A stretch of 37,117 bases of DNA from Nemertoderma westbladi (lineage: Eukaryota; Animalia; Xenacoelomorpha), in the NCBI GenBank assembly GCA_032718475.1, contig JAUCBJ010007784.1, forward strand, positions 1 through 37,117. Direction: 5' to 3'. A program made the translations under genes and the position numbers. Positions 10,882 to 18,840 of this stretch are shown here, in pieces. Each line of letters begins with the position of its first letter. The first letter of the stretch is position 1. Below the pieces are notes generated by a model. The model worked only from the letters and a program-made list of their open reading frames with translations. It ran no database searches and was not told the origin of the DNA.

Positions 10882-11172
10882 CTACCAGAACATCTTCACC
10901 GAGTATGGACGAGATTAAGGGTTGGCAGCCATAATCTTCATGTCGAGTACCAATGGTGGAAACGAATTCCAAGACAGGAGCGTGTGTGCCCGTGTGGTTT
11001 TAAGGAATCATCAGAGGAGCACGCAATTTTAAGATGCCCGCTAATAAAATCGATAAGATCAGATTATTTTGAAATCTTTCCATCCTCGGTAACTGATCTT
11101 TTTTCTGCAGATGATCAGAAGATAGTAGCAACATTCATATTTCGTGTTTTTGAGTTCTTCGACAGCCAATAA
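10882..11172 (+). pseudogene. 5'-truncated LINE: ORF2 C-terminal CCHC zinc-finger region
   Basis: Open frame LPEHLHRVWTRLRVGSHNLHVE...RIPRQERVCPCG...EEHAILRCP matches the R.SSH.L.IE..R...C.C...EEH....C motif. Confidence 0.7.
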
Positions 11173-11486
11173 CAGCCACACTTTCAATTAAACATTTAAT
11201 AATTTTTTGATAATAATCTTATTATAAATTGATTGATAAAAAGCTAACGACAAAAAGGTAGGTAGACCTAACGATCCATTTCCAGTTAATATGTTTCTCA
11301 ATGGAGAATTTATCCCGGACAAACAGGTCGCGAAATCATTTTCCAGTCAAATAAGTCCTTGGGTTTAACATGGAGATATTTGTGCTGGGTTTTACAATTA
11401 ATTTCTTGGTGAATTACTATTTTAACCGATCATCATTGTGAATAAAATAAAAAATCGTATATCTTCGGCTTTAAGTGTATATATAT

Positions 11487-11743
11487 TATAAGATAGGTAT
11501 AACGTTCAGTTAGTTAATATGAATTAGTATATATCAATATAATATAATTATAGTGCAATAACCCAACACACGTTCTGACTAACTTGCTGACTACAGGACT
11601 ACTCTACTGCACTACTCAGCTACTGCGTACCGGTACACTTCCCTGCCACCCTTAATACCCACAGTCTGCAGTCTGGCAGTTATCCGGTCGTCTCAGCCTC
11701 TCAGTCCCTCCGAACTTCGGTCCTTTCTCCCCCCACTCATATA
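11487..11743 (-). repeat. 3' LTR of element B
   Basis: Direct repeat of 15739-15995; minus strand reads TATATG...CTTATA. Confidence 0.95.
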
Positions 11744-11757
11744 TCTCCCCCAGTTTC
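11744..11757 (-). promoter_or_regulatory. Polypurine tract of element B
   Basis: GAAACTGGGGGAGA abutting the 3' LTR on the minus strand. Confidence 0.8.
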
Positions 11758-11767
11758 TGAAAAACTC

Positions 11768-14700
11768 CTATTCCGGTATATATCTATTCGGTTGTTTCGA
11801 TTGACGGCCAGCTCGAGTTCTGTACGGTTCCGGGTATGGAGTGTACTGAATAGTTTCAGTTTCAGATTCTTCTCTCTCATCACTCGAGATGTACAAGTTA
11901 TTTATCTCAGATTCTTCATCACTCTCTGAATCACTTGTGTTAGATATGCTTACATTACATTCCACTTCCGCGGATTTCTTATCCATTTCAATTCTCCTAA
12001 TGTCCTGTAGGTGGCGTCGAACCCCATTGATTATTACCGAACGATTATCTGGTACCGCTTCCACAGGGACTGGTCCATTCCAGCGGTCAGTGCACCTACA
12101 GTGTTGTTTGGGCTTTGTATAAACTAAATCTCCTACTTTCATGTTTTGGTTCACGGTTGGTTGTTTCATTCTCTCTGTAATTCCTGGAAGTTTGGTAATG
12201 TACGTTTCCATGACCTTCTCTAATGGAGTCTTACCATCTTTTCCTACTGTTCGATTGTACCAAAACGTTATTTGTTCACACGTTTTTTTTGACCTCGCTG
12301 CCCAACATTTAATCGTTCTATGTATACGTTCTACTGCATTTCCCTTTGGCCGGTATGCACATGTTAGTATTAGTGATATTTCCCATTTCTCAATAAATTT
12401 TTTAAACTCTTTGCTTTGAAAAGGATTGTTATCGGCCGTTATTTCTTCTGGTGGCCCCCATTCCGTGAATAATCTTTGCAATTTGTTTATTGCAGTCTCT
12501 GCCATCTTGTTTTGGACTCGATACCATATGGTAAAGTTTGTACAGCAATCTAATATGGATAAATATTTCAGTGTACCATTTTCAACAAAATCAACTGACA
12601 ACCGTTGCCAGGCCCTTTTTGTTTTGGTTGTTCCTTTAGATACCTTTGTTGGTGTCGGATCGATACTAACACATTCAATACATTTTGTACATATGTCCCT
12701 AAACACATCCTCCTCAATTCTTTCATTCCTTAGGACCTTGTTTTTACAGCACAGTTGCTGTAGTCTCTTAGCTCCTACATGTGCAATTTCATGTATGACT
12801 TTTACTCGATTTCTAATTTCCTTAGCCCTTTGTTCCACATTATTTACTTCGATTGCATCCAGTACATTGGTTTCATTTCTCACTAAATCACTCTCAATTT
12901 GTTCTCCTGTACCAATTGCCACTGTAATGGGCACCTTAGGTGACTTCCGATTTAGCCATGGCTTTGGAATTCTTGTCAGCGAGTCTGCCAGATTCTTGGT
13001 TGATGGGATTAACTGAATTTCAACTTCTAACCCATATTCCTTAACTGTTTTTTGTATTAACTCTAATCGTCGTCGAATAAGCATTTTGGATAATCCTTTT
13101 GTTCTCAGCCTATGCTCGTCCCTTAATAGTGACTTAATCCATCCATAGACAGTGGCTGAATCTGTGAAAACTTTGAGTTTCTTTATGTCCCATTCTATTG
13201 ACATATTTATGCCCTGTATAATTGCTGCGAGCTCTGCTGAGTTTATGTGTTCAGGGTCATCATCCCGCCTCAGCCATGCTCCATCCTCCACCGTCTTTCC
13301 CCTGATTCTTATTAGTGCCCCAGTAGCAATGTCTGATGCATCCGCCCAGACCTCACCCTCTCCTGCATTCGAAACCGGCCAGTCTCCCTTCACAGGATCT
13401 TCTCGCTGTATGCGCTCAATTATTTCTACTAGTTTTTCTCTAACTGAGGGATCTATTTGTTTGTCCATTGGTACATCTGCTGCCTCTCTTTGCAACCAAC
13501 TTAGCGCAATGCGCAGCCAACCAGCAACTAGATAGTTCCCACGAATCTGACCAACATAGGACAGCAATTGTCTGTGTGTTAGTTGTAGTTCTATTTTCTC
13601 TGGGTTGGGGATTTTTGCGTCACGCCGCCACTTTCCATCTTTCACGTATATTCCGAGCACTCTAGCTCCATCACTTACCATAGTTGGGGGTTTCGATAAG
13701 AGTCCATACTTACTCAGGTGCTCCATCACGGTTTTTGTTGTGACTCCTTTAGACAGGTCAATATATATGTCATCTCGGAAGGGACTCGTTGCGTTTTTTA
13801 TCTGTTCATTCTGCTGCAATGTTGTTGCCACTATGTTGTCTAATATCTTAGGTGCTGGCCCTAGTCCAAACCCTAATCGTGTCATTGCATATCGTTTCCC
13901 CTGATAAATAACTGTCTGATATGGGTGCAGATGTTTGGCTACTCGCACCTGCATGTAGGCCCATTTTAAATCTATAACTGCCGTGTTATCCCCCATTCGC
14001 GCCCACTGTCTTAATTTCTCTGTACTCGCAGCTGCATCAGCACCTGGTTGCTTAACTATATAGTCATTTAACTCCCTAAAATCCATTATTGGTCGAACAC
14101 GGTCCTTGCGTTCCTCATACTTTCCCATTAGGGGAATCAGTCCCTTGCAGTCCTCTGGGTACTCTACCAACCACCCGTTTTCAATCCATTCATTCACACC
14201 CTGTTCATACTTCGCTCTGTATTCGGGGGGAATCCGATATTCAGTAACTCGGTTATATAGGCACTCAGGACCTGAACCTTTTTCGAATTTGTATTCAACT
14301 TCCCAATATTTTCCATTGAAATTTGCACAGAAGTCGGACTTTTCTATCTTTAATGTATTTTCCCCCTTGTCACCGCTCAATTGTCCACTAAAACTAGCTG
14401 CAGAGAGAATCATGTCACCCCCATTGTTTAGGTAAACTTCTGTTAGTCCATTTTTGTTACACTGAATTGTCATTCTTAGTCCTTTTATTAGATCCCAGCC
14501 AATTATTAAATCCAAATCACCAACAAGGCGATCAACTACCGTGACCTCCCATTCAAATTCCTCAGTTCCACTCACCTTAATTGTAGTTAGAAATTTCCCA
14601 CTTGTAACAGCTTTCGTCTTGTTCAACATTATGATTGGTTCGTCATTGGATTCTTCTACCAGTTTGCCGTTAATTTGGTTTGTTAATCGCTTCGATATTA

Positions 14701-14842
14701 CTCCTCCACTGCTTCCCGTATCCAATAATGCGATTCCCATTCTCCCCCCGCAGCAAACATTAATAATAGGTAAATCGCCTAGATTTCTATAACAGGGGAA
14801 ACGCCCACTGGCGCATATAGCGCTTCCCCTCACTCGTTTCCC
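11768..14842 (-). CDS. pol: Pol polyprotein (protease, RT, RNase H, integrase), expressed by -1 frameshift
   Basis: LLDTGS; RVRPIMDFRELN, DLKWAYMQV, RLGFGLGPAP, FRDD; WADAS, HINSAEL, FTDS, NLADSLTR; H..AH...C..C, SVDF, TADN, AVERIH; no stops. Confidence 0.95.
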   Translation of the reverse strand, partial: GKRVRGSAICASGRFPCYRNLGDLPIINVCCGGRMGIALLDTGSSGGVISKRLTNQINGKLVEESNDEPIIMLNKTKAVTSGKFLTTIKVSGTEEFEWEVTVVDRLVGDLDLIIGWDLIKGLRMTIQCNKNGLTEVYLNNGGDMILSAASFSGQLSGDKGENTLKIEKSDFCANFNGKYWEVEYKFEKGSGPECLYNRVTEYRIPPEYRAKYEQGVNEWIENGWLVEYPEDCKGLIPLMGKYEERKDRVRPIMDFRELNDYIVKQPGADAAASTEKLRQWARMGDNTAVIDLKWAYMQVRVAKHLHPYQTVIYQGKRYAMTRLGFGLGPAPKILDNIVATTLQQNEQIKNATSPFRDDIYIDLSKGVTTKTVMEHLSKYGLLSKPPTMVSDGARVLGIYVKDGKWRRDAKIPNPEKIELQLTHRQLLSYVGQIRGNYLVAGWLRIALSWLQREAADVPMDKQIDPSVREKLVEIIERIQREDPVKGDWPVSNAGEGEVWADASDIATGALIRIRGKTVEDGAWLRRDDDPEHINSAELAAIIQGINMSIEWDIKKLKVFTDSATVYGWIKSLLRDEHRLRTKGLSKMLIRRRLELIQKTVKEYGLEVEIQLIPSTKNLADSLTRIPKPWLNRKSPKVPITVAIGTGEQIESDLVRNETNVLDAIEVNNVEQRAKEIRNRVKVIHEIAHVGAKRLQQLCCKNKVLRNERIEEDVFRDICTKCIECVSIDPTPTKVSKGTTKTKRAWQRLSVDFVENGTLKYLSILDCCTNFTIWYRVQNKMAETAINKLQRLFTEWGPPEEITADNNPFQSKEFKKFIEKWEISLILTCAYRPKGNAVERIHRTIKCWAARSKKTCEQITFWYNRTVGKDGKTPLEKVMETYITKLPGITERMKQPTVNQNMKVGDLVYTKPKQHCRCTDRWNGPVPVEAVPDNRSVIINGVRRHLQDIRRIEMDKKSAEVECNVSISNTSDSESDEESEINNLYISSDEREESETETIQYTPYPEPYRTRAGRQSKQPNRYIPE
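14795..14842 (-). promoter_or_regulatory. -1 ribosomal frameshift signal (G GGA AAC plus downstream stem)
   Basis: Heptamer at 14842-14836 in the correct gag phase; 6-nt spacer; GGGGAAGCGC (14829-14820) pairs with GCGTTTCCCC (14804-14795). Confidence 0.85.
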
Positions 14843-15705
14843 GATCCCAAGGTTGCTACGCATCCCCTTACCAAGTGATCGGTACCCCCGCATCTGTAGC
14901 ACCCAGTCATTCTGTTCCCACTCCCACTCCCACCTGGTTTGCTTTGCGTATACGTAGTCACATTATTCCCGTCTCCCCGTCCTTGGAGACCTTGTGCTGG
15001 TACCGGTACCATACAATTTCTTGCTATGTGGTCCAATGCACCACATCGGAAGCATCCCCTGTTCCGCCCACTAAATCCGATCGGAATCCCATTCCCCATA
15101 CCGGTATTTGCTCCCCTCCCCATACCACGGCTTCCTCCCCGTCGATAACCCCAAGCTCCCGCTGCTCCCACACCAACATTCTCTAACTTGCTGCTCTGAT
15201 CAGATAGCAATCGCCGCGCTTGAACTAGTAGCTGATCCAGATCCAATTCTTTAACCGTTAATGCTTTCGTCTCTCCCTGAATATCATCCGGTAGCCCACT
15301 CACAAACTGAGAGGCCAGCATCGCTTCAGCGCAGTCACTCTCCACATCCTCTGTAATTAGCGATAACAGTCGTCTTAAGTCTGCAAGAAACGTATCTACT
15401 GGTTCACCCACCCGCAGTTGACGGCGTTTAAACTGATCATAGGCTGCATACGGATTAATGGCAAATGCCTTAATTATAACTTTTTTTACATCATCATAGT
15501 TTGCTTTTCTATCATCGGGAAGTTGATTCACCACTGCGAACGCCGGTCCCTCAAACGACAAGCGGACATACGTCACCCTTGACGCTTCTGTCAGTTTAGC
15601 CTCAGTTTTTAGAATATCGTAGGTGTCTTCGAATATTTGGAACCACACATAAGGATCTGTACTGCCGTCGTATTTCTTTACATAGTCCGATAATTTTGGT
15701 GCCAT
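14830..15705 (-). CDS. gag: Gag of element B (291 aa, two CCHC knuckles)
   Basis: KYDGS..W...FE capsid N-terminus; FKRRQL..GEPVD.FLADLRRL homology region; CFRCGALDHIARNC and CYRCGGTDHLVRGC. Confidence 0.95.
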   Translation of the reverse strand: MAPKLSDYVKKYDGSTDPYVWFQIFEDTYDILKTEAKLTEASRVTYVRLSFEGPAFAVVNQLPDDRKANYDDVKKVIIKAFAINPYAAYDQFKRRQLRVGEPVDTFLADLRRLLSLITEDVESDCAEAMLASQFVSGLPDDIQGETKALTVKELDLDQLLVQARRLLSDQSSKLENVGVGAAGAWGYRRGGSRGMGRGANTGMGNGIPIGFSGRNRGCFRCGALDHIARNCMVPVPAQGLQGRGDGNNVTTYTQSKPGGSGSGNRMTGCYRCGGTDHLVRGCVATLGSGNE

Positions 15706-15726
15706 TTTAGTTCTATATTTGTTGAT

Positions 15727-15738
15727 GCCCGGTTAGCT
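15727..15738 (-). promoter_or_regulatory. Atypical primer-binding site AGCTAACCGGGC
   Basis: Directly abuts the 5' LTR; no TGG; reverse complement GCCCGGTTAGCT matches the 5' end of invertebrate tRNA-Lys(CTT) as I recall it. Confidence 0.55.
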
Positions 15739-15995
15739 TATAAGATAGGTATAACGTTCAGTTAGTTAATATGAATAAGTATATATCAATATAATATAAT
15801 TATAGTGCAATAACCCAACACACGTTCTGACTAACTTGCTGACTACAGGACTACTCTACTGCACTACTCAGCTACTGCGTACCGGTACACTTCCCTGCCA
15901 CCCTTAATACCCACAGTCTGCAGTCTGGCAGTTATCCGGTCGTCTCAGCCTCTCAGTCCCTCCGAACTTAGGTCCTTTCTCCCCCCACTCATATA
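15739..15995 (-). repeat. 5' LTR of element B
   Basis: 255/257 identical to 11487-11743 by manual comparison; GGGTATTAAGGG TATA-like box on the minus strand. Confidence 0.95.
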
Positions 15996-16068
15996 TATAT
16001 TGCACTGTAAATAGGTAATATAAAATGGAAGTCATATTATAGCATAATGCAAATTACAATTAATTAAC

Positions 16069-16594
16069 TGTTAGCTTATTCAATTCCGCTAACACCCCAC
16101 AAAGTCAACCGTTAAGCAATATTGGGGGCCACGAGATTGGGTAACCAATAACTCGTGTCACCCCAACAAAATGGGAAGGAGAAACACAATAAGGGTCAGG
16201 GGCCAAACCCCTAACCGAGAGAGAATAGGTGGAGTGAATGGGAACACTCCAAAGGGCGCCAACAGGGATATTAGCCAATCAGGGGGGGAAGCATCGGCTA
16301 GGTACTGTAGCAAGGCCAAACCATGCAATATATCATTAGGTACCAGTAATCATCTCATTCAGTTATCTCAGTGTTATTGGTGTTGCAGTAGCAATAGTTT
16401 AGCTAGGGAAGTACCGGGACTTCAATTACCGTTTCCCGCCTTCCGTGTACAACAATATATTATCAGTTATCTATATCTATATACCCGAGTATTATACACG
16501 ACGAATAACGCAAACTCTTTCATCTTTCACACACGGCGGGGACGCGTGAATTGACAAACCGGATAAACCGGGATCCTTCCTGGATCCCGTCACA
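16069..16594 (+). repeat. 5' LTR of element C
   Basis: TGTTAGC...GTCACA; GCCAATCAG at 16274; TCAGTT initiator-like motif at 16359; U5 hairpin CGGGATCC-TTCCT-GGATCCCG (16569-16589). Confidence 0.97.
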
Positions 16595-16897
16595 GTAATT
16601 GAACCAGAGCTGCCGACCTAGTTGAACTCAGTGACTACCAGCCACCAATCTATAGAAGAGAGATGAGTCAGTCAGGAGAGACGACACCGACGCGGACCCC
16701 GGACGAAGAACTAACGATCCAGACGGTATAGGCCCACGACGCTGGACCCATCGGTAACGGGTGATCCGGCAGTTCAGGACGAGGGGGGCCGTCTGGAGCC
16801 AGAGGTCGAGTCGAGAGGAGGGGGAGTCAAGTTGAGAGACCGAGAGGGTGAGTTGGAAGGAGAAGGAGACGAGTCGACACGGAACAAAGGTCGGCGT

Positions 16898-17112
16898 GCC
16901 GATGTCGCCGGCCAGCCACAGGCCGAGGGCGACGAACGGCCCACCGAAACGGCGACGGTGGGACCGACGGTACAACGCCGGACCCGGAGAGATGAGGGAG
17001 ATGTCGGTACCGATGTCGCCGGCCAGCCACAGGCCGAGGGTGACGGACGGCCCACCGGAACGGCGACGGCAGGGCCGCCGGTACGACGTCGGACCCGGAG
17101 AGACGGAGGAGA
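16898..17112 (+). repeat. 111-bp in-frame duplication in the gag N-terminus
   Basis: gatgtcgccggccagccacaggccgaggg at 16901 and 17012. Confidence 0.85.
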
Positions 17113-17769
17113 GGTCGGCGACGAGGACGTCGGGGTTTCTGATCGACTTCGACGGGCCTACAACGCGACCCGGAAGCTACTTAAGGAGGCCAAGGAGGGG
17201 GCTAAGATAGATGAGGTGAAGTTAACAAGAGGACTAGGTGAGTCGGATAGACATTTTAGCTATCTAATGCGTTTCGGGCAGAGAGAACTGGCCAAGGAGA
17301 GAGCGAGAGGGGTTGCAGAGGAACTGTGTGATTTATGGCGGTGTAGGGGTATGCAACCTAGTGCAGTGTACGTAGGGCCATACTTAGTCGATGCCCAGGA
17401 TGTAAAATTTGAGGGTTGGAGGAGACCTGAGGAGGGCGAATCTGAGGTTGAGCCTGAGGATTCGATCTCGTTGGTCGGGGGAAGTTCTGGGAAGAGGGGG
17501 AAAGTTAGTAGGTCGGGAAGGCGGAGGGAATCCGTCGTAACCGATAAGTCTGCTACATCCTCCATAAAAGAAAGACGGGTGAGAGAGATAAATGCCACGT
17601 ACCATCTCGAGCTGATAGAGCAAGGTCAGAGAGACATAAATAGACGGTTAGAAGAGGGGAGAGTGCATCTAGAGAGGGAAGCGGTATTGATTAGAGAAAC
17701 CAGGGAGAGGGCCGAAAAGGCCGTGGAAAGCCTTAAAGAGTGTGAGGAAATAGAAAGGAGGGAACAAGA

Positions 17770-17940
17770 GGAGCGTGTGGCGAGAGAGAACAGTGAACGC
17801 AAAGAGCGTGAGGTAGAACACAAGGAACGTGAGGCGAGAGAGGAAAATGAACGCAAGGAACGTGAGGCGAGAGAGGAAAATGAACGCAAGGAACATGAGG
17901 CGAGAGAGGAAAGTGAGCATAGAGAGCGTGAGGCGAGGCG
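17770..17940 (+). repeat. 33-bp coding repeats (EREAREENERK coiled coil)
   Basis: gaacgtgaggcgagagaggaaaatgaacgcaag units. Confidence 0.85.
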
Positions 17941-18605
17941 AAGGGAGCGAGCTAAGAGAGAGGCGGAATTGGCCGACCAGAATGCACGGGAGGATCGGGA
18001 GAGAATGGCAAGAGAGGAGCGTGTGCGAGAGGAATTGGAAAGAGAGCAAAGTGAGCTTATAGAGTACAAGGCTAGACGCATGCGCGAACTAGAACTGGCG
18101 CGGATAGGGGCGTCTGAGAGCGGGACTGGCTTGAATATTTTCGAGGAGCCAAGGCCCGTGGATACATTTATTAATACCCCACTTACAGGGACCGCACGAC
18201 AGACACGAAACTGGTGTGACCGTACGGGCGGGGGGGGGGGGGGGGGTAATAATAATACTACCGTAGACGACGTTAATATTAATGGTACCGTATCGGATAA
18301 TCCTAACCAAGCTTATATTGCAGGAAATACTTTGCCTGGTAGTAGTAATTTGAATTTAAATACAAATAGCCTAAATAATAATTTCAATTTAAACATGCAA
18401 AATAATCCGAATAATAATTTAAATTTAGGAAATAATAATAACTCAAATAATTTAAATAATAATCCAAGCCCGAATTTACAAAATAATTCAAATAACGTAG
18501 TCGCGCAAAATAATCCAAAATGATTCTACTTCGAACGAACAAAATAATTCCGTTTCTAATATAGGTGCTATTAACGCGAGCGCGTCGGACGTGTATGAGC
18601 CGACA

Positions 18606-18840
18606 GACGGCGGCCTAGTAGGCCACGTAGTTAGTAGGCAGGAGGTGGCGGGGTTGAGTCGACCCGACGGTGGCCTGGTAGGCCACGTAGTTGGTAGGCA
18701 GGAGGTGGCAGGGTTGAGTCGAGCCGACGGCGGCCTGGTAGACCACGTAGTTAGTAGGCAGGAGGTGGCAGGGTTGAGTCGAGCCGACGGCGGCCTGGTA
18801 GGCCACGTAGTTAGTAGGCAGGAGGTGGCGGGGTTGAGCC
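18606..18840 (+). repeat. Four 60-bp coding repeats (DGGLVGHVVSRQEVAGLSRA)
   Basis: gacggcggcctggtaggccacgtagttagtaggcaggaggtggcggggttgag x4. Confidence 0.9.

Larger units (their letters stand above)
11487..15995 (-). mobile_element. Element B: full-length Ty3/Gypsy-type LTR retrotransposon, 4509 bp, apparently intact
   Basis: Two 257-bp LTRs with 2 mismatches; gag plus PR-RT-RH-IN pol; PPT; flanked by TATAT on both sides (11482-11486, 15996-16000). Confidence 0.95.

Noticed and set aside
11680-11694. Self-priming complement for the element B PBS (agttatccggtc)
   Set aside because: Only 9/12 match, and it lies upstream of the TATA-like box, so it is probably not at the transcript 5' end
11889-15186. 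Numerous plus-strand ORFs opposite element B, and similar antisense ORFs opposite elements A and C
   Set aside because: Shadow ORFs of long coding strands with no recognisable motifs
16171-16554. 127-aa ORF inside the 5' LTR of element C
   Set aside because: The 3' LTR copy has a 5-bp insertion that breaks the frame, and there are no motifs
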